From contig CAVVHE010000009.1 of assembly GCA_963748015.1 (NCBI GenBank), forward strand, positions 32,001-96,000: a stretch of 64,000 nucleotides of DNA. The letters are read 5' to 3'. The DNA is from Terriglobia bacterium. Its GTDB lineage: Bacteria > Acidobacteriota > Polarisedimenticolia > Polarisedimenticolales > JAIQFR01. The translations under genes and the position numbers were made by a program. Positions within the stretch are counted from its first letter, which is position 1. Every line of letters begins with the position of its first letter. Under the pieces are notes generated by a model. The model was not told the origin of the DNA. It did no database searches and was given only the letters and a program-made list of their open reading frames with translations. Of the stretch, positions 1-10,113 are shown piece after piece.

Positions 1-1494
1 CAGATCGACGACCATGACGTGTCGCCCGAGATTCTCGTCGGCGTCGCGCTGCGCGGCGACGGTGTCGAGCTTTCGCCTCGCCCCGCATGGCGGAGCCGGA
101 TACGGCGGTCGCGATCGGCCCTTGAACGAGCAGTGCGCGCCGGCGAGCCCGTCTATGGCGTGTCGACCGGCGTCGGAAACACCTCGTCGCAACCGGTCGG
201 CCCCCAGCGGCAGATCTCGTATGCCCGCTCCATCATGGAGCAGCACGGCTGCGGTGTCGGAGAGCCGCTCTCGGAGTTCGAAGGCCGCGCCGTCGTGTTC
301 GCGCGCCTCGTGTCCTTGTCCAAGGGTTATTCCGCGGTCAGGCTGTCGTTGCTCGAGGCGATGCGCGACCTGCTGAACCACGGCGTCGTTCCCGCAATCC
401 CGCGCCTAGGCTCCGTCGGAGCCTCGGGAGACCTCACGCCCCTGTCGTACGTGGCCGCCGTCATGGCCGGCGAGCGCGAGGCATGGCACCACGGGAAGAT
501 CGTTCCCGCGAGGAAGGCGCTGCGCGCGGCAGGGCTCGCCGCGTTCACGTTCGCGCCGAAGGAGACCCTGGCGGTCATGAACGGTACCTCCGTCATGACG
601 GCCCTCGGTATCCTCGCGGTCGAGCGGCTCGAGCGGATCGTGGCGACTGCCGAGCGCGCCTCGGCCCTCGCGGCCGAGGTGCTGTTCGGGCGGTCCCAGG
701 CATTCCATCCGCTCGTGCACGAGGTCAAGCCCCACCCGGGACAGCTCGCGAGCGCCAGGAACATCCGCTCCGCGCTTCGCGGCAGCAAGCTCCTCGACCC
801 GCTCGACATCGAGGGAAGGCCCGTCCAGGACCGGTACTCGATCCGCTGCAGCCCGCAGGTGCTCGGCGCGGTGCGGGACGCCCTGACGTGGACGCGACAG
901 GTGCTCGGCGTCGAGCTGAACAGCGTCAACGACAACCCCCTCGTCGACCCCGACGACGGCAGCGTCCTGTTCGGCGGGAACTTTTACGGCGGACACGTCG
1001 CCCAGGCGATGGACCTGGTCAAGATCGTGGCCGCGTCCACGGCGGATCTGGCGGACCGGCAGTTCGCGCTGCTCGTGGAGAGTCCCCACAACGCGGGGTT
1101 GCCCGAGACGTTGGTCCCGTACCCCGGCTGCGGCGTCAAGGGACTGCAGATCACCTGCAGTGCCCTCACGGCTCTGGCGATCCAGCGGTCGGCCCCTGAC
1201 AGCACGCTCTCCCGTTCGACCGAGTCCGCCAACCAGGACAAGGTGAGCATGGGCCTCAACGCCGCGCTGAACGCCGGTGAGGAGGTGCAGCTCGTTTCGC
1301 GGGTGCTGGCCGCCGAGTTGATCGCGCTGTCCAACGCGGCGCGGTTGCGCGACGAGTCGCGCCTGTCGCGCGAGGGGCGCAGGCTGTTGCGAAACGTGCG
1401 TGCCCTGTCCCCCGTGCTGGACGCGGACCGGCGTCTGGACCAGGACCTCGCGCGGCTCGCCGCGTGGATCGAGAGCGGCGCCGTTCCGCGATGA
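1..1494 (+). CDS. Aromatic amino acid ammonia-lyase (HAL/PAL/TAL, MIO family), probably 5'-truncated by the window edge
   Basis: Motifs VYGVSTGVG, SVGASGDLTPLS (MIO-forming ASG), PKETLAVMNGT, QDRYSIRC, NDNP, GGNFYG and NQDKVSMG. The frame is open from base 1. Confidence 0.93.
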   Translation, partial: QIDDHDVSPEILVGVALRGDGVELSPRPAWRSRIRRSRSALERAVRAGEPVYGVSTGVGNTSSQPVGPQRQISYARSIMEQHGCGVGEPLSEFEGRAVVFARLVSLSKGYSAVRLSLLEAMRDLLNHGVVPAIPRLGSVGASGDLTPLSYVAAVMAGEREAWHHGKIVPARKALRAAGLAAFTFAPKETLAVMNGTSVMTALGILAVERLERIVATAERASALAAEVLFGRSQAFHPLVHEVKPHPGQLASARNIRSALRGSKLLDPLDIEGRPVQDRYSIRCSPQVLGAVRDALTWTRQVLGVELNSVNDNPLVDPDDGSVLFGGNFYGGHVAQAMDLVKIVAASTADLADRQFALLVESPHNAGLPETLVPYPGCGVKGLQITCSALTALAIQRSAPDSTLSRSTESANQDKVSMGLNAALNAGEEVQLVSRVLAAELIALSNAARLRDESRLSREGRRLLRNVRALSPVLDADRRLDQDLARLAAWIESGAVPR

Positions 1495-2831
1495 CCGACC
1501 CGCTTCGGTCTCCGCTCGCCGCCACGTTCTCCGGGGACCGGTCTCGGACGTTTCTCGAAGAGAACGGAGAGCTCTGGACCGTCGGGAGGCTGCTGGCCCT
1601 CGCCGCCGACATCGATCGCGCAATCCGGCGCGGTCCTCTCGACGAGATCGCGATCCGCTCGCAGTCGTCGGCGTTCGTCGTCGCTTCGCTCATCGCGGCG
1701 TGGAGGAACGGTCTGGCGCCGCTGCTCGTCGATCCCGCCTTGAGAGCCCAGGCGGCCGGCCTCGACGCCTCGAGAGGGCGGGCGGAGTTCCTCGCCCCGG
1801 ACGGCGAGCCGGGGTCGGGCGCTGCGATCCAGGTGAGGGAGGAAGGCTCCGCACCGCTCGATCCCGTGTTGCCGAAAGGGGATTCGCCTGAGGTGGCTTT
1901 CCTGACCTCGGGTTCCACGGGGGAACCCAAGCGCGCCATCAAGCGAGCCGACCAACTCGCGCGGGAATTCGAGGTCGAGCCGGGCTGGCTCCAAGTCCCC
2001 CGGCCGTGCACGGTGCTCTGCCTCGTTCCACCGTTTCACATCCTGGGGTACATCTACGGCTTCTACCTGCCCGCCGCCACCGGTGGCCGCACGACGTTCC
2101 TGCGCGGCGCGACACCACAAGATTGGGTGGAGCGGATCCGCGCTCTGAGTCCCGACCTCGTCGTGGGAGTGCCTTCCCACTATCGACTGATCGCCGGCAT
2201 CGTGCGGGAGTCCCTGCCGGCCGCAACGTTCCTGAGCTCGGGCGCGCTGCTGCCGGCCGACGTCGGAGAGCGATTCGCGAGCGTTGCCGGCCGCAGGATC
2301 CGGCAGGTCTTCGGGTCGACCGAGACCGGCGGAATCGCTACACGCGACGACGATGGGGCCTGGACTCCGCTTCCCGGCCTGGAGTGGAAGACGGAGCCCG
2401 GCGACGACCGGCTCGTCATCCGGTCGCCTTGGCAAGAGCGGCCCGGCTCTTGGCACCGAGCCGACGACCTCGCGGAGCCTGCGGGAGAGGGGTTCCGGCT
2501 CCTCGGGCGCGCCGATTCCATAGTCAAGGTGGGAGGCCGGCGGTTCTCGACCAGCGAGATCGTGCAGGCCGCCCTGGAACACCCGGCCGTGGAACAGGCC
2601 CACACCGTCACCTACGGCCGCTACGGCGAGACGGCCGTAGCGCTCTTCGTGACCGTGGCGAAGGGAACGGAGGAGGAGGAGGCGGACCTGAGAGCCCACC
2701 TCGCCGGGCGGCTCGCCCCGTTCAAGGTGCCGAGAACGATCCGGGTGCTCGATGCGATTCCGACCCTGGGAAGTGGCAAGGTCGATGCCGAAGCGCTGCG
2801 CTCTCTAGTCGCCGCCCCGGACGCTCCTTAG
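1491..2831 (+). CDS. AMP-binding adenylate-forming enzyme (acyl/aryl-CoA or acyl-ACP ligase)
   Basis: Motifs FLTSGSTGEPK, FGSTETGG, GRADSIVKVGG and KVP...GKVD. ATGA overlap with the lyase stop. Confidence 0.9.
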   Translation: MTDPLRSPLAATFSGDRSRTFLEENGELWTVGRLLALAADIDRAIRRGPLDEIAIRSQSSAFVVASLIAAWRNGLAPLLVDPALRAQAAGLDASRGRAEFLAPDGEPGSGAAIQVREEGSAPLDPVLPKGDSPEVAFLTSGSTGEPKRAIKRADQLAREFEVEPGWLQVPRPCTVLCLVPPFHILGYIYGFYLPAATGGRTTFLRGATPQDWVERIRALSPDLVVGVPSHYRLIAGIVRESLPAATFLSSGALLPADVGERFASVAGRRIRQVFGSTETGGIATRDDDGAWTPLPGLEWKTEPGDDRLVIRSPWQERPGSWHRADDLAEPAGEGFRLLGRADSIVKVGGRRFSTSEIVQAALEHPAVEQAHTVTYGRYGETAVALFVTVAKGTEEEEADLRAHLAGRLAPFKVPRTIRVLDAIPTLGSGKVDAEALRSLVAAPDAP

Positions 2832-2853
2832 CGCGTCTACGGATTCCGGTGCT

Positions 2854-4683
2854 TCACGCGACATGCGGCGCGTCCCGGACCGGGATACCCGACGTCTCGT
2901 CTTCCTCGGTCTCGTCGAGCGGGACCGGCCGGTTGCCGGCGTAGACCGTGTGGCGCCCCCTCGTGCGGTACCACTCCGTCGTCGTCGCGGTCCGGTTCGT
3001 GGCCTCGAGGATCCACCGCCAGCCGATGCCGGTGTTGTACGCGCAGAAAGAGATCTCTCCCCGCTCGGTGCCGTACGGAACCATGCACATCTCGGTGCGC
3101 TGAAAATCGTAGTTGAACACGTCCTGGAACGACATGCCGCCGAGCAGGATCACGCGCCATTCGTAGCGGTCCGCTTCCGCGATCCCCAGCGACATCCGGT
3201 TGTACCCGTCCACGGACCTCAGCAATTCGAGGACGCCCAGGTCCTTCGGAAACTCGCTCAGCTTGAGGTTCCTCAGCAGCGCGAGGATCGTCTGGAACAG
3301 CGTGAGGCCCCGACCCCGGCCCGAATCGGTGATCACCCGGAGATCCCGGAGCAGGCGGTCGGTGTCCACGAGCTGGGTGGCGGGGAGCGCCTGCTTCGTC
3401 CGCGCGTTGACGACGAGGATCGTGGCCACGCCGCAGTCGGGGTGCGTCCCGCAGCTCAGCGAGCCCCACTCCGCTCGCGGCCCCGACAGGAGATCCTTCA
3501 GGTCGGTGAAGGGTCCCCCGGCGGAGAGCGGGTACCAGTCTCTCATCGGCTCCGTGATCCCGGCCTGGTCCTTCACGTCCGACGCGAGCTGCGCGAGAGT
3601 GTATCGCCGGCGCGCGCGCGTATCCTCGTCCACCTCCTCGTCCCGTCCCGCGAACGAAACGGGCTGGAAGACGATCGCATTGATCTTGTCGATGTTGTCG
3701 ATGGCGAAGCGGATGATCGGGCCCACCTGCCCGTGGTTGACCGTGTTGACGACGGTGGCCACGAGGGTGACGTCCACGCCCGCCGCGTGCAGGTTCTCGA
3801 TGGCGCGGCGCTTGACGTCGAATAGGTTGGCCACGTGGCGATGGCCGTTCGCCTCGTTCCCGACGCCGTCGAACTGCAGGTAGACGAACCTCAGCCCGGC
3901 GCGGGCCGCTTCCCGGGCGAATTCGGGATCCTGGGCGAAGCGAATCCCGTTGGTCGCCGCCTGGACGGCGATGTACCCCAGCTCCCGCGCGTAGGCCACC
4001 GCCCGGAGGAAGAGCGGGGAAAGAGTCGGTTCGCCGCCCGAGAACTGGACCGACATCTGCCGTCGCGGCTTGACCTCGTTCGCGTGGTCCAGGATCTCCT
4101 TGACCGTCCGCCAGTCCAGCTCGCGTACGTAGCCGACCTGGTTGGCGTCCGCGAAGCAGGGGTTGCACATCATGTTGCAGCGGTTGGTGAGATCCACGGT
4201 GAGCACGGAGCCCCGCCCGTAGCGGATCGCGCTCGAGCCGTGGGCGTGCAGCGCGTCGGGGGCCATACGGAAGTCGCGGCCCGGGTCGAGGGATTCGATG
4301 CGGCGCGTGAACGCAGGGTCGGTGGAAAGAACGTCCTCTATGCGACCGTGGGCGGGACAGCTCTTCACCATCCAGACCTTGCCGTCGCGCTCGACGATGT
4401 CGGCGTCGATCTCCGCGAAATGGCCCGCCGCCAGCTCCTCCGGGCTCAGCTCTCCCGCGAGCACCCTTTCGCGCACCTCCCTCACGCAGGCAGGGCAGAG
4501 CGAGCGCGTGCGGCGGGGGAAACCCAGCGAGGGGTGGGTTCGCTCGGAGCCCTTCAGCAAGGGTGCCGGCGCCCAATCCGGCTGGAACGTCTTCGGACCG
4601 AAGCGTCGATGAACACTCTGAAAAGCTATCCAGAGCGCGTTGGAGGCCGCGACGACCGCCCGCCCGGCCAGCCTACGGGGCAT
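2854..4683 (-). CDS. Radical SAM protein of the Tes/GDGT-MAS (MJ0619)-like family
   Basis: N-terminal TRSLCPAC...KSCPAHG, radical SAM motif DLTNRCNMMCNPCFADA, SGGEPT, YLQFDG, HPDCG, and C-terminal MSFQDVFNYDFQRTEMC...ISFCAYN. Start uncertain (the ORF extends to 4785). Confidence 0.82.
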   Translation of the reverse strand: MPRRLAGRAVVAASNALWIAFQSVHRRFGPKTFQPDWAPAPLLKGSERTHPSLGFPRRTRSLCPACVREVRERVLAGELSPEELAAGHFAEIDADIVERDGKVWMVKSCPAHGRIEDVLSTDPAFTRRIESLDPGRDFRMAPDALHAHGSSAIRYGRGSVLTVDLTNRCNMMCNPCFADANQVGYVRELDWRTVKEILDHANEVKPRRQMSVQFSGGEPTLSPLFLRAVAYARELGYIAVQAATNGIRFAQDPEFAREAARAGLRFVYLQFDGVGNEANGHRHVANLFDVKRRAIENLHAAGVDVTLVATVVNTVNHGQVGPIIRFAIDNIDKINAIVFQPVSFAGRDEEVDEDTRARRRYTLAQLASDVKDQAGITEPMRDWYPLSAGGPFTDLKDLLSGPRAEWGSLSCGTHPDCGVATILVVNARTKQALPATQLVDTDRLLRDLRVITDSGRGRGLTLFQTILALLRNLKLSEFPKDLGVLELLRSVDGYNRMSLGIAEADRYEWRVILLGGMSFQDVFNYDFQRTEMCMVPYGTERGEISFCAYNTGIGWRWILEATNRTATTTEWYRTRGRHTVYAGNRPVPLDETEEDETSGIPVRDAPHVA

Positions 4684-4883
4684 CAATCTCTCCTCGGTTT
4701 CCCGCGGACCGGAAGCGTCCTCCCCGGCCGCCGACGCTCCAATCCAGCCCGCGTCATTCGTCGAAGGCGGGTATCTTACTTCCACCGACCGCGCACGTTC
4801 CAGCGGATTTCGCGCGGGGAGGAGCCGCAGCCCCGCCGGAGGATGGTCGTTCCGCGTGTGTTAAGATCCGCCGAAGAAACCCC

Positions 4884-6197
4884 ATGCGCATCGAACTTGT
4901 GTGTCCGGCGTCGGAGGATTCGGCCCACCTGAGGAGCCTGGCGGTCGCCACGCTGGCCGGGCTCACGCCCGATGACGTCGAGCTGACGGTGCTGGACGAC
5001 ATCGTCCGAAAGATCGATCCCGACAGAGACATCGACGGCGGTGCCGACCTCGCTGCGATCACGGTCTCGACGAAAACGGCGTCGCGGGCCTACGGGCTGG
5101 CGGCGGCTTACCGGCAGCACGGCGTGAAGGTGGTCATGGGTGGGATTCACCCCACGGCAATGCCGGAGGAGGCGCTTCAGCACTGTGACGTCGTGGTGAT
5201 CGGCGAGGCCGAGGGGCTCTGGGAGAGGGTGGTGGCCGACGCACGCCGGGGGACCCTGGAGCGGGTCTACCGGCATACGACCTGGCCGGATTTCCGGACC
5301 GGTCCCTGGCCGAAGCGGTCGGTTTTCCCCTCGCAGGGGTACGCGCCAATCCACTCCGTGCAGGCGTCGCGAGGGTGTCCCTTCGCCTGCGAGTTCTGCT
5401 CGGTGACCCCTTTCTTGGGGCGAACTCCGCGCCTGCGTGATTCCGTGGATGTCGCACGGGAGGTCGCGTCGCTCGGGCGCGGGTGGGTCATGTTCGCGGA
5501 CGACAACATCCTGGGACACGGCGAGCGTTCCCGCTCGCTCTTTCGCGAGCTCGACCGGGTGAAGAGGAAGTGGGTCGGGCAAGCCTCGCTCCACGGGATG
5601 CAGGACCGGGAAACCCTGCGCCTCATGGCCGCATCGGGCTGCCAGGCCGTCTTCATCGGCTTCGAGAGTATGAGCCGCGCGACCCTCGTCGCCTGCGGCA
5701 AGCACCAGAACGAGCCGCGGGAGTACCTGGATACGGTGCGTCGTCTCCACGACCACGGGATCGCCGTGTGGGCGGCGTTCGTGTTCGGGTTCGACGAAGA
5801 CACGCCGGACGTCTTCGAGACCACCGTGGAGTTCGCACGCAAGGCAGGGGTGATCATGGCGTCCTTCGGGATCCTGACGCCCTACCCCGGCACGCGGCTC
5901 TTTGCGCGGCTCAAGGAGGAGGGACGCCTGTTCGAGGAGCGCTGGTGGCTGCACGAGCGACGCGACGGCTTTCCCTTCTTTCGTCCGAAGGGCATGTCCA
6001 CGGAGCAGCTCTTCACGGGGTGGCAGCAGGCGTGGAAATCGTTCTACGGCGGACCGTCGATCATCGATCGGTTCCGGCAGGCTCCACGCACCTCGTTGTT
6101 TTCGCTGGCCGCGTTTCTTCCGCTCAACCTGTACCAGCGGCGTCTGGCCCGCGAGAAGGTCATCGGCGGGAACAGGTTCTTTGCGCGGGATCGTTAG
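4884..6197 (+). CDS. Cobalamin (B12)-binding radical SAM protein
   Basis: B12-domain motifs VVMGGIHPT and GEAEG, followed by SRGCPFACEFCSV, FADDN, IGFES and TPYPGT. Confidence 0.92.
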   Translation: MRIELVCPASEDSAHLRSLAVATLAGLTPDDVELTVLDDIVRKIDPDRDIDGGADLAAITVSTKTASRAYGLAAAYRQHGVKVVMGGIHPTAMPEEALQHCDVVVIGEAEGLWERVVADARRGTLERVYRHTTWPDFRTGPWPKRSVFPSQGYAPIHSVQASRGCPFACEFCSVTPFLGRTPRLRDSVDVAREVASLGRGWVMFADDNILGHGERSRSLFRELDRVKRKWVGQASLHGMQDRETLRLMAASGCQAVFIGFESMSRATLVACGKHQNEPREYLDTVRRLHDHGIAVWAAFVFGFDEDTPDVFETTVEFARKAGVIMASFGILTPYPGTRLFARLKEEGRLFEERWWLHERRDGFPFFRPKGMSTEQLFTGWQQAWKSFYGGPSIIDRFRQAPRTSLFSLAAFLPLNLYQRRLAREKVIGGNRFFARDR

Positions 6198-6281
6198 GCA
6201 GCTTCCGAAGTCCGCGACTTCGAAACGGGACACTGGGCTCCGCAACCTCCGCACTTGCCCGAGGTTACCGAGGATGCTTCG

Positions 6282-7721
6282 GTGAACGTGCTGTTGATCC
6301 GGCCCGATCCCGGCAACGACCGCTTCGGGCTCGGGACCTTTTTCCGTGTCGAGCCGCTCGGACTCGAGTACATCGCGGCGGCCCTCGAGGCATGCGGGGC
6401 GACGCCGCACGTAGTGGACGAGCGTCTTGCCCGAAAGAGCGGCCCGTGGCTGAGGCGGACCTCTCCCGAAATCGTGGGGATCTCCTGCCCGCACGCCCTC
6501 GAGTACGACGGTGTCATCGCCACGGCAAGAAGGGTGCGCCGGCTGGCTCCGGAGGCCTTCATTGTGGTCGGCGGCCACGCGGCCGCGACGTATCCCCAGG
6601 CGCTGGAGGTTCCCGAGATCGACGCGATCTGCGTCGACGACGGGGAGGAGGTCTTCCCCGCCCTCGTCGAAGCGGTGTCCGGCCGGAGGCCGCTCTCGAG
6701 CGTCCCCGCGCTGCGTCTTCGGACGCCCGCCGGATGGATCGACACCGAGCCTCTCGCGGCGCCGACGGCGCTGGACAGGGTCCCTCGTCCCGCGCGCGAG
6801 CGGGTCGCGGCGTTCCGGCGCGGTTACCACTGCCTCCTTTTCAGACCCGTCTGGCTAGTCGAGACGGCTCGGGGGTGCTCTTACCGGTGCAGGTTCTGCT
6901 CGGTGTGGCAGCTGTACGGTCGCACCTATCGGGAGCGCTCGATCGGCAGCGTCGTCGAGGACCTCGCGGCGACCGGCGAGCACGTCTTCATCGTGGACGA
7001 TCTCTTCTGGAACAACCCGGAGCGGAGCCTCGAGCTTGCGCGGGCGCTGCGGAGAAAGGGCGTACGGAAGCGCTGGCTCCTGGTGCAAACGCGCACCGAT
7101 CTCGCGTGCCGACAGCCCGAGCTCCTAGAGGCCTGGCGTCCTCTGGCCCAGGATTTCGACATCTTCTTCGGGCTCGAGTCGGCGGGCGACCAGGGTCTGG
7201 AACAGGTCGACAAAGATGCTTCGATTGCGGACACCCTCGAGGCCGCTCGCATCGCGCGCAGCCTACGCTACGGCGTGACCGGCAACTTCGTCGTCGACCC
7301 CGACTGGGATGCGTCCGACTTCGCGCGGCTGTGGGATTTCGTGGCCGATCACGGCTTTCATCGCGCCGGATACTCGATCCTCACGCCTCTACCCGGCACG
7401 GCGTACTTCCGCGAGCTCGCTTCGCGCCTCGCCGGCCAGCCCTGGTTCAAGTACGACATGCACCACGTGCTGTGGGAGCCACGTCTGGGAACGCGGCGGT
7501 TCTTCGAGCTGTACGCCGAGACGTGGCGCCGGTCGATCCTCAATCTCCAGGGCGAAAAGAGCTGGTGGCAGTGGGCACGGCAGGTGCGCCCCACGCAGAT
7601 CCCCTACTTGACCCGCGCCCTCCTCCGCACCCAGCGCATGATGCGGCCCGAGGCCTATCTGGCCGAGAACGATATCGGCGAGGCGGAGCGGCCGGCCACC
7701 CGGCGCGTTCGCGCGGGCTAG
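6282..7721 (+). CDS. Cobalamin (B12)-binding radical SAM protein
   Basis: Motifs EPLGLEYIAA, VVGGHAA, TARGCSYRCRFCSV, FGLES and TPLPGT. Confidence 0.92.
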   Translation: MNVLLIRPDPGNDRFGLGTFFRVEPLGLEYIAAALEACGATPHVVDERLARKSGPWLRRTSPEIVGISCPHALEYDGVIATARRVRRLAPEAFIVVGGHAAATYPQALEVPEIDAICVDDGEEVFPALVEAVSGRRPLSSVPALRLRTPAGWIDTEPLAAPTALDRVPRPARERVAAFRRGYHCLLFRPVWLVETARGCSYRCRFCSVWQLYGRTYRERSIGSVVEDLAATGEHVFIVDDLFWNNPERSLELARALRRKGVRKRWLLVQTRTDLACRQPELLEAWRPLAQDFDIFFGLESAGDQGLEQVDKDASIADTLEAARIARSLRYGVTGNFVVDPDWDASDFARLWDFVADHGFHRAGYSILTPLPGTAYFRELASRLAGQPWFKYDMHHVLWEPRLGTRRFFELYAETWRRSILNLQGEKSWWQWARQVRPTQIPYLTRALLRTQRMMRPEAYLAENDIGEAERPATRRVRAG

Positions 7722-8482
7722 GAACGCGGAAGCGGGACGCACCGGTAGCCCATCCCGGCGAGAGCGGCAAGGATCCGCGGGAGCGCTTCGATCGTCCCGG
7801 GATTGCCTTCGGGGCTGCGATCGTGCCCGTCGTGAAGGAGGAGGATGCTCCCGGGTACGACCTTCTTGCGGAGGCGCCGATCGAGGGTCCCGCGGTCGGT
7901 GGTCTTGCTCCCCGGGAAGCGGACGTCCCAGCTCACGAGCTCGAGTCCGCACCGGGCGAGAACCGGAGAAAGGAAACAGTTCTTCATCCCCACCGGGGCC
8001 CGGAACCACCTGCACGCCTCTCCCGAAGCCGCCTCGACGGCCGCCTGCGACGCCCGGACCTCGCGCAGCAGCCGCTTCGCCGGCAGCGACCAGAAGAGAT
8101 ACGAATGCTCGTAGGAGTGACAGCCCAGCGCATGACCGTCGGCGACGATCCGGCGCACGATCTCCGGGTGGCGCTCGACGTGCTTCCCGATGAGGAAGAA
8201 GGTCGCGCGCACCCCTCGTTCGCGGAGGATCTCGAGGACCCTCGGCGTCACTTCCGGATGGGGACCGTCGTCGAAGGTGAGTGCAACGACCCGGTCCGCG
8301 GTCGGCAGACGCGATCGGTTGGGTCCGAATAGCCTGCTCCGGGGGTGGAGCACGCCGCAGGCGAGAAAGCCGTGATAGATGGCGTAACCCAGGAGCAGGG
8401 CCACGGTGAGCGGCCCGTATCGGAAGAGCAGCGCCAGAAGCGCCACGTGCATCGCGATGGAGACGCGCAGGAATGTCGTCAT
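7718..8482 (-). CDS. Polysaccharide deacetylase (NodB family) with N-terminal membrane anchor
   Basis: Motifs LTFDDGP, HSYEH, FRAPVG and ILLLHD. Confidence 0.92.
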   Translation of the reverse strand: MTTFLRVSIAMHVALLALLFRYGPLTVALLLGYAIYHGFLACGVLHPRSRLFGPNRSRLPTADRVVALTFDDGPHPEVTPRVLEILRERGVRATFFLIGKHVERHPEIVRRIVADGHALGCHSYEHSYLFWSLPAKRLLREVRASQAAVEAASGEACRWFRAPVGMKNCFLSPVLARCGLELVSWDVRFPGSKTTDRGTLDRRLRKKVVPGSILLLHDGHDRSPEGNPGTIEALPRILAALAGMGYRCVPLPRS

Positions 8483-9150
8483 AGCCCGAACCGGCTCGCG
8501 ACGACCCTGACGCAGATACGGGCAGTGTCCCGCCACGGCCGGAAGTGGCTGGTGCTCGACCCTTCTACCCGTCGAAGCCGAACGGGCGTGCTCAGCACCA
8601 GGAACCCGGACCGGGCCGCCTTCACGACGACCTCGCTCTCCAACTCATATCCGCTTCCGGCGAGTCGCACGGCGCGCAGCAGACGCGCATCGTAGAGTCG
8701 AAATCCGCTCTGCGTGCCGACGACGGGAACACCCGCGAAGAACGAGATCGCGCGGTCGGCGAAACGGTTTCCGAAACGGCGGACGGGAATCATCCCGGCT
8801 TGCAGATGCAGGCGTGATCCGATCACGATACCGGCTCCCGACCTCGTCCAGAGAGCGACGAGCTTGGGAATCTCGGCGGGGTCGTGCTGCCCGTCCGCGT
8901 CGAGCGTCACCGCGGCGTCCGCGCCGCAGTCCAGGACGTGTCGGAAGCCCGCGAGCAGCGCCGCGCCCTTGCCTCCGTTCGAATCGAGCCGGAGCACCTT
9001 GGCGCCCGCATCGCCGGCCAGCGCCGCGGTACGGTCCGAGGAGCCGTCGTCGATCACTACGACCTCCTCGAGGACGCGTCGAGTCTCCTCCACCACCTCG
9101 GCCACGGTGCTCGCGGCCTGATAGGCGGGAACGAGCGCCACGATCCTCAC
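8479..9150 (-). CDS. Glycosyltransferase family 2
   Basis: Motifs VPAYQ, DDGSSD, GKGAA, DADGQH and QSGFRLY. Confidence 0.92.
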   Translation of the reverse strand: MRIVALVPAYQAASTVAEVVEETRRVLEEVVVIDDGSSDRTAALAGDAGAKVLRLDSNGGKGAALLAGFRHVLDCGADAAVTLDADGQHDPAEIPKLVALWTRSGAGIVIGSRLHLQAGMIPVRRFGNRFADRAISFFAGVPVVGTQSGFRLYDARLLRAVRLAGSGYELESEVVVKAARSGFLVLSTPVRLRRVEGSSTSHFRPWRDTARICVRVVASRFGL

Positions 9151-9153
9151 GGG

Positions 9154-10113
9154 TCAGCGCCCGGGACCGAAGACGACCGCTGCGGCCGTGCCGCCTCGAG
9201 CCCGGCGCTCCACGATGGCGGCGGGCGCGTCTCCCGCCGCGATCCGGTCCACGGCCAGGATCCCGCGGAGCACGCCATCGGCCATGATCCAGCCGATTCG
9301 CTTCGAGACCTCCTCGGGCCCGACCGAAGGAACCCCCTCGGCCAACGCGGAGGGAATCCCCGCCATGGAGAACGCGAGCTCCCGGGCGCGGAGCAGAACC
9401 TCGGTAGAGGAAAGCCTCAACGCCGGAGCGGCGAGGGGCGCGCCCGCCATCCCGTGACCGATCAACGATCCGAGGATTCGCGCGCCGCGCCGCTCGGCGG
9501 ACTCCCGTGTTTCGAGAACCAGCGCGGCCGCAGCCTCCCCCGCCCGTTTCCCCGGCGCGAGGCGGCCCAGCAGTTGTTCGAGCTCTTCGCACGCGGCGTC
9601 TCCCGCCGCGACCATGACCGCGTCCACCGCTCCCTGGCGCAGGAGGAGCTCCGCGACCATCAGCGCGCTCTCCCCCGAGATCTCGCGCTGCGTGACCGTC
9701 AGCGACGGACCTCGGCAGCCGAGCGTCATCGCGGCGTGGGCGGCGGGGGAGCTGTCCATGGAATCGGGGAAGCCCATGGCGTCCGCGTAGGCGAGGCCGG
9801 CCCTCGCAATGCCCCGAAGGTAGGTCTCCGTCTTCTCGAGACAACCGAGACCGGTACCGATCACCAGTCCGGCTCGGTCGCCGTCGATCTCCTTCCAGCC
9901 CGCCTGATCGGCCGCTTCGAGGCAAGCGGCCAGCAGGAGCTGGGAGAGACGGTCGAGGCGCCGCCGCTGGTTGGGGGAGAGCCGCGAGCCGAAGTCGAAT
10001 GCCGCGCGGAACGCCGCGGGCCCTTCTCCTCGGAGCGCCGCGAGCGCCTCCGGCGCGCTGGCCCCGGCGGGACAGACGATGCCTGCTCCCGTGACGACGG
10101 GCGGCGGGCTCAT
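9154..10113 (-). CDS. Beta-ketoacyl synthase N-terminal-like protein (chain-length-factor-like, no catalytic Cys)
   Basis: KS-like VVTGAGIV and RRLDRLSQ. TQREISGESA sits where the adjacent KS has TACASG. Confidence 0.8.
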   Translation of the reverse strand: MSPPPVVTGAGIVCPAGASAPEALAALRGEGPAAFRAAFDFGSRLSPNQRRRLDRLSQLLLAACLEAADQAGWKEIDGDRAGLVIGTGLGCLEKTETYLRGIARAGLAYADAMGFPDSMDSSPAAHAAMTLGCRGPSLTVTQREISGESALMVAELLLRQGAVDAVMVAAGDAACEELEQLLGRLAPGKRAGEAAAALVLETRESAERRGARILGSLIGHGMAGAPLAAPALRLSSTEVLLRARELAFSMAGIPSALAEGVPSVGPEEVSKRIGWIMADGVLRGILAVDRIAAGDAPAAIVERRARGGTAAAVVFGPGR

